Shown here: piece by piece, positions 30,044-37,594 of the stretch
Position numbering within the stretch: position 1 is the stretch's first letter
Layout of the letters: every line of letters starts with the position of its first letter
Assembly (NCBI GenBank): GCA_051652385.1
Contig: JBOFUD010000535.1
Location: forward strand, 1-48,813
Direction: 5' to 3'
Origin: Flavobacterium sp.
Lineage (GTDB): Bacteria; Bacteroidota; Bacteroidia; Flavobacteriales; Flavobacteriaceae
DNA: 48,813 bases
Made by a program: the position numbers and the translations under genes
The notes under the pieces: generated by a model
Told to the model about the DNA's origin: nothing
The model's input: the letters and a program-made list of their open reading frames with translations, nothing else
Database searches by the model: none

Positions 30044-30256
30044 CTACTGTATTCTCAAAAAATCAACAATCTCACCCCTTTTTAACCACTCTGCTAATTC
30101 TAATGCAGTTTTTGGGTTTGCACGTGGGTAAATATTTGCTTCTTTACCGATAAAAGAATCTGGTTCTAAATCCTTAGCATTCGCATACTTTTTCTCAATT
30201 AGAAATTTTACACGTTCTAAATTGTTGTTAATTATGGCTTCAAAGATTGTGATCAT
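30044..30256 (-). CDS. Small ankyrin-repeat protein
   Basis: IFEAI..NNLE.VKFLIEK and KTALELA......EIVDFL. Confidence 0.7.
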   Translation of the reverse strand: MITIFEAIINNNLERVKFLIEKKYANAKDLEPDSFIGKEANIYPRANPKTALELAEWLKRGEIVDFLRIQ

Positions 30257-30388
30257 TTTATTTATTTAAAATATAAGTTGATAAAATTAGTGCTTCAAAA
30301 TGAGACACTTGTTTGTCGTGTTTAGTCTGAAAGTAGTGAGAGTCGGTATTTAAAAAAAGTAATATTGGTATTAATATTTTCATTTCTT

Positions 30389-30790
30389 TTAGTTGTTAAA
30401 GTTAATAATTCCCGCCTCAAAAAGTTTTATGAGCAAGCGTGCAGCACAATCTGCTAGTGATTCTTTTTCTTCTTTATCAATCTTCACAACCTCATAACTA
30501 CAAAGCCAAGCAAGACTTCCAAATTCGTTTTCATACCAAATACTATTTTTAGATAATTTAAGGTTGCACTCATCATCTTGATAATCTTTAAAAAATTCTG
30601 GCAAAGCTTCTAAGATTGTTTCTAAATCATAAGCATAGCAATCAAATTCATATCCCTCTCTTATTCCATCAGCAATAATCCAAGTTCCTGCTGAATTACC
30701 TTCATTATCTAAAAAGTGACCAATAAGAGAGGTTTCTTTAAACCCAATCTCTGCCAATTTTTTGCTAATCTCAAAATTTGTCGTTTTCAT
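30389..30790 (-). CDS. Hypothetical protein
   Basis: T.FE.SKKL.EIGF, AY.LE.IL..LP, AARLLI.L patterns. Confidence 0.6.
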   Translation of the reverse strand: MKTTNFEISKKLAEIGFKETSLIGHFLDNEGNSAGTWIIADGIREGYEFDCYAYDLETILEALPEFFKDYQDDECNLKLSKNSIWYENEFGSLAWLCSYEVVKIDKEEKESLADCAARLLIKLFEAGIINFNN

Positions 30791-30836
30791 AATTCCTAAT
30801 TTAAGTTACACCCCACTATAATTGTGGGAAAAAGTT

Positions 30837-30956
30837 TGGCGGGGAAGGCTGGAATCGAACCAGCGTAAAGATATGCGGCTAAACGCACTTTGCGACCACT
30901 GCTCCTTAGTAATTTGACCCTAAGATCAAATTATTAGCTATTGCTCTCACTTCCCC
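30837..30956 (-). ncRNA. 120-nt tRNA-like RNA with a non-canonical core
   Basis: Perfect acceptor stem GGGGAAG/CTTCCCC, G discriminator, encoded CCA, T-arm GCTGG-TTCGATT-CCAGC; no canonical D or anticodon arm. Confidence 0.75.
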
Positions 30957-30970
30957 ATATTAGCTTTTAA

Positions 30971-31080
30971 AGCGGCATTGACTAAGGACTTACACTATAT
31001 TCCAAGGGAGAAGAAATCCGAGGATTGACCCCTTTCGAGGATTAACTTAGTCTGCCACCGAGAATCCCAGTAGCTCCGCT
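30971..31080 (-). ncRNA. Candidate structured RNA just upstream of the tRNA-like element
   Basis: GGCA-GACTAAG...CTTAGTC-AA-TGCC stem; CCTC-GAAA-GGGG GNRA hairpin; GC-rich non-coding segment. Confidence 0.55.
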
Positions 31081-31108
31081 AAATATTCTTTAAACATCTG
31101 ATTTTAAT

Positions 31109-31270
31109 TTAATATTCTTCAATTATCTCTAAAAGTTCAATATCATCTTCTTCAATATCATCAGTTTTAATCAAGCTATCAAAACCTTCAACTTCTCCCT
31201 CGTCATTAAGCAAAACATTAGCTAGGAATTCGCCCCTTGCTTTAATTCTTGCTTTTACAAATCTCGTCAT
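31109..31270 (-). CDS. 53-aa acidic protein (not in track)
   Basis: MTRFVKARIKARGEFLANVLLNDEGEVEGFDSLIKTDDIEEDDIELLEIIEEY*; A-rich leader. Confidence 0.55.
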   Translation of the reverse strand: MTRFVKARIKARGEFLANVLLNDEGEVEGFDSLIKTDDIEEDDIELLEIIEEY

Positions 31271-31332
31271 AATAGTTTTAAATTTTAAGTTAATAATTTT
31301 CGATCAAACGATCTAGCCCTTGCGGGATTCTG

Positions 31333-31524
31333 CTAAACTCTTTTAATTTTAATTAGAGCAACATTAGTTTTGCCTTGCTCTTCCAAAGATTTTGCAAGTG
31401 CATCAATTAACTCTGGCAATGAAGTAAAAATCTTTTTATTTACCACTCTCCAACAATATTTTGATTGATCGGTAGAAAAAACGATAAAATATTCTTTTCT
31501 AAAAAACGCTTTAATAAAACTCAT
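31333..31524 (-). CDS. Hypothetical protein
   Basis: 63 aa in the operon. Confidence 0.5.
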   Translation of the reverse strand: MSFIKAFFRKEYFIVFSTDQSKYCWRVVNKKIFTSLPELIDALAKSLEEQGKTNVALIKIKRV

Positions 31525-31527
31525 TCC

Positions 31528-31788
31528 CTATCTCCAATTTTCATTATGTTGAAATTCTGATGTTCTGCGAGCTTTTAATAAAATAAATAAAGATTCTTGC
31601 TTCCCTTGATTTTTAAACTCTTGCTCTAATTTTGCAAAATCACGGTAACCAATAGAAACAATCCCAACATTGGCAGTAAAAGTAAATTCATCTTCAATAA
31701 TCTGAGGTTTAGGTGTTCTGGTCAATACCCCAGTTAAGATTAAATCTTTTGGATTTACCCATTTTCCAGTCTTGGTATTTATGATCAT
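31528..31788 (-). CDS. Hypothetical protein
   Basis: ATG 31788 (MIINTK...) preferred. Confidence 0.5.
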   Translation of the reverse strand: MIINTKTGKWVNPKDLILTGVLTRTPKPQIIEDEFTFTANVGIVSIGYRDFAKLEQEFKNQGKQESLFILLKARRTSEFQHNENWR

Positions 31789-31809
31789 TTTTTTAAATCC
31801 CGGAATTAA

Positions 31810-31874
31810 AAAAAACAAATTAGGAGCTACAGGTCGTAAGAAACTAAACGTTTCAAACTCCTAATTTGTTTTTT
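31810..31874 (-). terminator. Long hairpin / attenuator-like element downstream of csrA
   Basis: 17-bp perfect inverted repeat AAAAAACAAATTAGGAG/CTCCTAATTTGTTTTTT, inner GAAAC/GTTTC hairpin, U-run on the minus strand. Confidence 0.6.
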
Positions 31875-31930
31875 GGTTTTTACTAAACTGGAGATAATAC
31901 TACTGAAAACATTTTTAATATGCAAGCGTT

Positions 31931-32122
31931 TTATTGCATTATTTTATTTATTGTTGTTTTTAATTGCACTTCAACCCGTGAAACCTTATAGGCTATAGGT
32001 GTATCACACCCGACAAGCACGGCATTTTTTCCAATGTGAACAATTTTTATTAATATTTTTTCGTCACTATCTGGTATTGCAATTGACAAAATTTGATCTT
32101 TTTTGCGTTTTAAGAAGAGCAT
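31931..32122 (-). CDS. csrA: CsrA/RsmA-like RNA-binding regulator
   Basis: MLFLKRKKDQ.L.I...I.IKIV.I..N.V.VG.D.P...KV.R.E aligns with the CsrA consensus MLILTR..GE...IG..V.V.V......QVRIG..AP..V.V.REE. Confidence 0.7.
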   Translation of the reverse strand: MLFLKRKKDQILSIAIPDSDEKILIKIVHIGKNAVLVGCDTPIAYKVSRVEVQLKTTINKIMQ

Positions 32123-32162
32123 ATTTTCTCCCACAATTCAGGGTTTTGATGTAAATTGAAAT

Positions 32163-34505
32163 TTAACATTTTACAAACCCCCTTTCACGTTGACCGCCAC
32201 CAACGCGGTATTGTTTATACTCATAACCAAGTTTTCGCATAATGGCACCAATTCGATTTTGTTCTTGGCGCGGGAAATTACCCGGATTTCGCCCGAGTGC
32301 GTGTTCCCACAAGATGCTGTAGGTGTAATTGCCAGCGTGCCAGATTTTCTTTTCTACATCTGAATCGGTTGGCTCGTTGTTTAACCAGTCGCCAATGACT
32401 TCTTCCCAAGAATCAATTTGAACGCGTTTGTCTTGCGCTTTGCGCTCAAGATCTATTTCTTCTTTCTCGGTCATATACACTACATCTGTTCTGGCGCGGT
32501 AAAGTTGCACCGCCTCCGCCCAAAGCTGATCAGAATCTGCTTTTAGTTTTGGCTGATTGATCTTATGAGTTCTCACTGACCAATAGCGTCTGTTGCCAGT
32601 CTCATCCCGTAGATATTGGAACTGATTAGTTGTTCCAACCATTACAAATTGCCGTGGATATTCTTTTACGAAACGGTCATACGGCGCGCGGAAAGAATCA
32701 ATTTGGCGCGAGTTAAAGGCTTTTTGCGCGGTGATTTCTGTCTTTGACATAAAGTCAAGCTCTGAACATTCTGCAATCCATACGCCATTATGACAAGCCA
32801 ATAATGTGTCTTTGTTGGTAAAGTCTGAAATGTTGTCAATAAACCACCCTTGGCTTAACGCATTGAGTGATGTGGACTTGCCTTCACCTTGAATCTGACC
32901 TTCTAACACCAGCATTGTATCAAATTTATGGCCGGGTTCAAAAATGCGCGTCACCGCCGCAAGTAAGAATTTTTTACCAACTGAACGGGTGTAAAGGTTG
33001 TCCTCCACCCCCATATAGTCAATTAACCAAGTGCCAATTCGTTTTACACCATCCCACTTCAAAGCATTTAAGTATTCTTTCACCGGATGAAACTGGTTGT
33101 AAAGTGCCACAGACCTTATGGCTTCTTGGAGAATATTGCGCTGAAAATCAATTTCTTGGTTGTCAAGAATGTAGCGTTTGATCATAAAAATTTCGTCATC
33201 ATCAACCGGTTTTCCATTTTTAGGAAAGTCTTTAATTCCGATGGCGTATTCTTGGTGCCAAACAAGAGGGTGGCGATAGACTAATTTGTTGTTGAAGGTG
33301 TTGATAGCTAAAGATCTTTTAAACACTGCCATGTTCTCTAAAAGCAAGATAGCATTTTTATAGTTGGCAGTCACCTTTTTAGCTTTATTGCGGTCGAGGT
33401 CACCAATCCATCCTTGATTTTCTTCTATTTCATCATTTTGAGATTCCAACTGTACGCTTTTTTCGGACGGTTGCTTTTTAGCCCTTGGTCTGTCTTCTTC
33501 ACTCAGCAACGCTTCAAAGTCTTTTTTGATAGATTTTTCGCCAGCTTCTTTTTTACCATAGCCGTAGGCATTTAACATTTTTATTTTGAGTTCTTCCTCT
33601 GACCACTGCGGCTGACTGTTCAGGTTGTACTCCACCAATAGCGGATAAAAGGTTTTTGGTGATAGGCCATAATCTTTGCCAAGGCAAGCAGCCTTAAAGA
33701 GTGTGGCATCCCCCTGTTGACCTTCGATGGAAGGTGGGAAATTGCTTAAGTGCTGTTGGCATTTTCTTATATCAATTGAGCTATTCTTAAATTCGGCGCG
33801 ACCTTGATATGATTGATTTCCGTGGCTTTTTCCTTCAGAATTTTCTTGAATATTTTGGGTAAAATTGCTTTCAAGTAATTCCAAAAGCGACTGTGGCGCA
33901 AAGCCAATGTGGGTCGCGCCGAGTGAATCGAGTGTTTCTTCGTAGATTTTGTCAGTTTCTGGGTGAATAGAGCCAGCGATTACCACCTGCCCCCCGTGAG
34001 ATTTAAATTCTATTCCAGCGTAAGATTTTAAGTGAAGAGGGATTTTGCCTTTGTAGGGGGCTGGCAGTTTGAAGTAAAGGTGGAAACCGCCGCCGCCAGT
34101 GAGAATTTTAAATTGGCATCTATTTGTGATGTCTATTTTACAATCTTCGGAAAGTTGTTGAAGTGAATCAATACCTCGTTTGAAGTTTCTTGGGTCAACA
34201 TCAACCACCATTAAGTCGTGGGGTAGAGCAACGCCAAAGTTGGGGTAGTCGGGAGTTTCCAGCCAAGTTGTTGCTATTTTTTTAGCTTCTTCGGGAGAGA
34301 GTGGTTTTGCATTTTGCCAGTTGCGACTGAACGGGACTTTCCCATTGAGCTTGATTATTGCCAAATTAGCTTCGCTGTATTTTTCGCAATATCGAATTAG
34401 GGTGTGCTTCTGAGTTTCAGTAAGCCTTGTTTCCTGTTTGGTTATAGACTGACCGCTGCGATTCTTAATGTTTGATTCTGTCATAGTCGGATGGATACTT
34501 TCCAT
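32163..34505 (-). CDS. Prim-Pol primase fused to a VapE/VirE-like helicase
   Basis: GK.P, NFGV, VVDVD, TGGGG.HLYF, V.AGS.HP; L.WDG..R, PG.KFD, QG.GKST, FRAPY.R, GTTN, DETGNRR. Confidence 0.9.
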   Translation of the reverse strand: MESIHPTMTESNIKNRSGQSITKQETRLTETQKHTLIRYCEKYSEANLAIIKLNGKVPFSRNWQNAKPLSPEEAKKIATTWLETPDYPNFGVALPHDLMVVDVDPRNFKRGIDSLQQLSEDCKIDITNRCQFKILTGGGGFHLYFKLPAPYKGKIPLHLKSYAGIEFKSHGGQVVIAGSIHPETDKIYEETLDSLGATHIGFAPQSLLELLESNFTQNIQENSEGKSHGNQSYQGRAEFKNSSIDIRKCQQHLSNFPPSIEGQQGDATLFKAACLGKDYGLSPKTFYPLLVEYNLNSQPQWSEEELKIKMLNAYGYGKKEAGEKSIKKDFEALLSEEDRPRAKKQPSEKSVQLESQNDEIEENQGWIGDLDRNKAKKVTANYKNAILLLENMAVFKRSLAINTFNNKLVYRHPLVWHQEYAIGIKDFPKNGKPVDDDEIFMIKRYILDNQEIDFQRNILQEAIRSVALYNQFHPVKEYLNALKWDGVKRIGTWLIDYMGVEDNLYTRSVGKKFLLAAVTRIFEPGHKFDTMLVLEGQIQGEGKSTSLNALSQGWFIDNISDFTNKDTLLACHNGVWIAECSELDFMSKTEITAQKAFNSRQIDSFRAPYDRFVKEYPRQFVMVGTTNQFQYLRDETGNRRYWSVRTHKINQPKLKADSDQLWAEAVQLYRARTDVVYMTEKEEIDLERKAQDKRVQIDSWEEVIGDWLNNEPTDSDVEKKIWHAGNYTYSILWEHALGRNPGNFPRQEQNRIGAIMRKLGYEYKQYRVGGGQRERGFVKC

Positions 34506-34537
34506 TTAAGATTGATATTTTGTACGGCGAGATATTT

Positions 34538-34717
34538 TTAAGCGTTAGATTTCAATTTTGCCAATAAGTTTTCTTTTGAGAAACGCCAGCGTCCAGCTAT
34601 TTTAGTGGCTGGGATGATTTTAGTTTCAGCATATCTCCGCAAGGTTATAGGGCTGCAACCGATTATCTTGGCTGCTTGGGAGGTATTTAAAATTTTATCT
34701 TCGGTATTGATAGTCAT
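34538..34717 (-). CDS. 59-aa MerR/excisionase-like HTH protein (not in track)
   Basis: ILNTSQAAKIIGCSPITLRRYAETKIIPATKIAGRWRFSKE, a classic HTH_17 pattern. Confidence 0.8.
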   Translation of the reverse strand: MTINTEDKILNTSQAAKIIGCSPITLRRYAETKIIPATKIAGRWRFSKENLLAKLKSNA

Positions 34718-34812
34718 AAAGTGTCTGGAAAGGTTATAAAAAATTGTAAATTACAATAAAAAATGTTTAAAAGCAATAGAAAACATTTAGATATTGATGT
34801 CTCAAATTCCAA

Positions 34813-35323
34813 GTGTGACAGAAATTTGATGAGTTTTTGGTGGTCAGAAGCCACAAGTGGTAAGGTTAGAAGGGGTTTTAGTTTCAGAAAGTTGTCACGG
34901 AGGGGTCACAGCTAAAACCAATGCTGGTGTGACCCCCTAAAACTCCCTAAAAATAAGGCTGTAGATACCCTTGTCTCTACTGTCACACTACTATTTATAT
35001 AAAAGAGTATAGATATATAGTAAAAAATAGGGTAATATAGGGGTAATATGCTTTTTCCAGCCCTTATAGAGGTTTTTTTTTTTTGGGGTGACAGGGTTGT
35101 TTTTTGCTAGAGCGCCAAGGGTTTCCGCTGTCACATATGTCTTAAGCTGTAGAGAGAGTAGGGTTGGTGCGTTGTCACACCTAAAATTTAAAGTGATGGA
35201 GCCTAGAGGCTGTAAGTCACAGGCAGTTGTCACAGTTGGCGTGACATTTTGGGTGTTTTTCGTGTTTTTTGTTAAAATCGGGGTTTTTTGCTGTCACAAA
35301 GTAAAAAATGTTTTTTGCGTGAC
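34813..35323. repeat. Putative replication origin with 13 GTCAC/GTGAC motifs
   Basis: Motifs at 34815, 34894, 34905, 34929, 34982, 35088, 35130, 35174, 35216, 35229, 35241, 35293, 35319, around an AT-rich core; next to the primase-helicase. Confidence 0.65.
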
Positions 35324-35339
35324 GAAGGTATTTTTAGTT

Positions 35340-35492
35340 TCAAGATTTGATTTTTAGTTGCCGAATTTTTGTTCTTAAACCTCTTTTTGTATTTTTTGTT
35401 AAGGATTTATCCTTTTTTATTCTTTGGAGTGTGTAGGTGATTTCTACCTTGTTTTTAAGAGTATCTTTTTCACTTTCAGTTAATTGGCGCAT
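35340..35492 (-). CDS. 50-aa basic protein (not in track)
   Basis: MRQLTESEKDTLKNKVEITYTLQRIKK...LKIKS*. Confidence 0.4.
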   Translation of the reverse strand: MRQLTESEKDTLKNKVEITYTLQRIKKDKSLTKNTKRGLRTKIRQLKIKS

Positions 35493-35500
35493 AATTATGG

Positions 35501-35685
35501 TTTTAGTATTGATTTAGTTTCAGTGTTTTTAGTATTGATTTAGTTTCAGTGTTTTTAGTTTCATTATATTTGATTTTTAGTTTCAGTGTTTTTAAACTGG
35601 TGAAGTTTTAGTGTTTTTAGTATTGATTTAGTTTCAGTGTTTTTAGTATTGATTTAGTTTCAGTGTTTTTAAACTGGTGAAGTTT
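35501..35685. repeat. Tandem 26-bp repeat array
   Basis: TTTTAGTATTGATTTAGTTTCAGTGT at 35501, 35527, 35615, 35641; plus TTTTAAACTGGTGAAGTTT twice. Confidence 0.85.
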
Positions 35686-35695
35686 AAGGGGCTTT

Positions 35696-35717
35696 AAAAG
35701 CGGGTGATGACCGCCTT
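35696..35717 (-). terminator. Candidate intrinsic terminator ending the early cluster
   Basis: AAGGCGG-TCATCAC-CCGCTTTT immediately after the stop at 35721. Confidence 0.5.
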
Positions 35718-35720
35718 CTA

Positions 35721-35957
35721 TTATTTCAAATAGACGATTCTTGAAGCCTCCAAATCAGATTCTTCAAGCCAGTCAGATTCTACCCACCTTTCACGATGAA
35801 AGAATTTGACTTTATACCAAAATCTACTGGACATAACAGCATATCTGCCACCTTTTGGTTTTTCTTCGAGTTCTGTGTCAAGAACTCCAATAATTTCACC
35901 AATTGGAGAAGATAAGTGCTTTGGGTCGTAGACTTGTTCACCTATTTTAAATTTCAT
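35721..35957 (-). CDS. Early hypothetical protein (SH3-like MKFKIGE.V start)
   Basis: ATG 35957 preferred; KFKIGE.V...G.I...Y.V.F...W..ESDL. Confidence 0.55.
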   Translation of the reverse strand: MKFKIGEQVYDPKHLSSPIGEIIGVLDTELEEKPKGGRYAVMSSRFWYKVKFFHRERWVESDWLEESDLEASRIVYLK

Positions 35958-36050
35958 AATTAAAATTTTAAAATTAACGAAAACACTACTAGCTAAACGT
36001 TTTGTAGTGGTCGAGACTAGACGCCTCAACTCGTGAGCAGGATAAACTGC

Positions 36051-36449
36051 TTATTGTGCCGATGATGACAGCACTAAAGCAGTTTGAGCTTTTTGAAAAC
36101 TTGAACCAACTCTTTCTCTCACTCGTTCAACGAAAAATTTACGGCGTTCCATTTTTGGTGATTCAACCACCAATTTTTCTAATTGAACTATGAAATTTGT
36201 AATTTCTAAACCTTTGTGAAAAAAGGCTGAGGCGGGCTTGTTTGACATTTCAATCAATACTGCGATATGCGGCTTTAAATGTTCAAACCCTTTCACTTCG
36301 TAATGATCTAAGCCATATTCTAAAATAAGTTTATCATCGCGAATAGCAGGTTTCCACTCCGCAGTTTGTAAGTCAACCATATTTCCGATTGCCGCCCTCA
36401 CAAAATCTGCTTCGGTTTTATATCTGGTTTGATTTAATTCTAGTTTCAT
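36051..36449 (-). CDS. Early hypothetical protein
   Basis: ATG 36449 preferred. Confidence 0.55.
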   Translation of the reverse strand: MKLELNQTRYKTEADFVRAAIGNMVDLQTAEWKPAIRDDKLILEYGLDHYEVKGFEHLKPHIAVLIEMSNKPASAFFHKGLEITNFIVQLEKLVVESPKMERRKFFVERVRERVGSSFQKAQTALVLSSSAQ

Positions 36450-36453
36450 AAAA

Positions 36454-36621
36454 TTATTTATTTTTGTTGTAGAACTCTTCGAGCAAATCAATCTGATCTT
36501 TGATTAACTGAGTTTCTATTTTTTTTAGTTCCTTTAACGCATTCTCTTTAGCTTCAATTTGCTTTTGAGTTTGATTTAAAAACTGTTTTGTTATGTCTAA
36601 TTGTTCCGATAGTGTTGTCAT
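36454..36621 (-). CDS. 55-aa coiled-coil early protein (not in track)
   Basis: MTTLSEQLDITKQFLNQTQKQIEAKENALKELKK...NK*; fills the gap. Confidence 0.55.
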   Translation of the reverse strand: MTTLSEQLDITKQFLNQTQKQIEAKENALKELKKIETQLIKDQIDLLEEFYNKNK

Positions 36622-36648
36622 ATTAGTTTTTGATGTTTTTCTAAGTTA

Positions 36649-36834
36649 TTAGAGAATTATGTTCATTGTTTCTACACAAAAGTTAGCTTTTTTTAGAAAT
36701 TTTCTAACTTCTTTTTTCCAAATCTCATTAGATTTTTCAGGCGTTTTATTATAATTTTTAGCCGTAAATTCTTTTGAAAATTGTTGAAAAGATTTTAATT
36801 CTTCTTTTGTTTTTTCTGATAAGTGTTTTGTCAT
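36649..36834 (-). CDS. Early hypothetical protein
   Basis: 61 aa, AAAATTATG start context. Confidence 0.5.
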   Translation of the reverse strand: MTKHLSEKTKEELKSFQQFSKEFTAKNYNKTPEKSNEIWKKEVRKFLKKANFCVETMNIIL

Positions 36835-36838
36835 AATT

Positions 36839-37096
36839 TTAAAATTTAGAGGTTATTAAAAAGGTCAAGCCGCCGACATATTCAACCAAAATTAAGCATT
36901 TGCTGATTTCTGGGTTTTTCTTTAAATCTTCGAGCCTTGACTTGACTAGTTCGAGTTCACTAAATAAGCGAGTTTTAGCTTCTAAATCCTGGTTTGATTC
37001 TTCCAAAGTTTTGGTTAAAGCTTTGAGTCTTATGTCAAGATAACCTTCAGTGATTTGAACTAAAATGTTGGCAAGAATTTGATTGTTGTTTTTCAT
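36839..37096 (-). CDS. Early hypothetical protein
   Basis: ATG 37096 preferred. Confidence 0.5.
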   Translation of the reverse strand: MKNNNQILANILVQITEGYLDIRLKALTKTLEESNQDLEAKTRLFSELELVKSRLEDLKKNPEISKCLILVEYVGGLTFLITSKF

Positions 37097-37115
37097 AGTT
37101 GTTAGTTGTTTGAGG

Positions 37116-37295
37116 TTAATTAGATTTGGCAAATTCAGTTGCTTCATTTTCGGTTCTAAAATATTTTCTTGAGTCGTCAATTAATGATTCAGTGAAAAAC
37201 TTCCCATCACTATATCCAATCAGATAACCTCGAATTATCACATTGCCGTGATAACCTCGAATTATCACATTGCCGTAAAATTCTTTCTTACTCAT
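37116..37295 (-). CDS. Early hypothetical protein with a 9-aa duplication
   Basis: ATG 37295; GNVIIRGY occurs twice. Confidence 0.5.
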   Translation of the reverse strand: MSKKEFYGNVIIRGYHGNVIIRGYLIGYSDGKFFTESLIDDSRKYFRTENEATEFAKSN

Positions 37296-37302
37296 AATTT
37301 TT

Positions 37303-37590
37303 TTAGTTTGAGTTATTGTTGATAAATTCAAGCAAAGCAAAATGAACATTTGCTGGGTTAGTATTACAGTTTAATTCTTGTGATAGTCTATTGATGAGTT
37401 TTTTTGGTTTTAGAACTACCAACAAGTTCCACAAACTGCTTGAAACATCATCTTGATTTTGATTGATAAACAAATTTTTTATTTCTGTAGCATAACCAAG
37501 ACTTTTTGGCAATTTTGCTGTTTGAATTGCTCGCGCTTTTTGTTTCGGGTTAAGTAAAGAAAATTCTAAATTTTGAAGTTTTTGTTTCAT
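37303..37590 (-). CDS. Early hypothetical protein
   Basis: 95 aa. Confidence 0.5.
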   Translation of the reverse strand: MKQKLQNLEFSLLNPKQKARAIQTAKLPKSLGYATEIKNLFINQNQDDVSSSLWNLLVVLKPKKLINRLSQELNCNTNPANVHFALLEFINNNSN

Positions 37591-37594
37591 AAAT

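Noticed and set aside
30335-30343. AGTGAGAG match to the tRNA-mimic 5' linker as a further antisense target
   Set aside because: A single 8-nt match inside a probable 41-aa micro-ORF (ATG at 30383, minus strand); compatible with chance.
30837-30956. tmRNA, tRNA-Sec or attP
   Set aside because: No G3-U70/A73 or tag ORF, no UCA anticodon arm, and both acceptor strands are present with no integrase nearby.
34991-35357. ORFs 34991..35233 (-) and 35088..35357 (+)
   Set aside because: They overlie the repeat-rich origin and a poly-T run; their composition reflects the DNA motifs.
35501-35685. CRISPR array
   Set aside because: Repeats are directly adjacent with no unique spacers. The Cas4-like nuclease is a standard replication-module gene.
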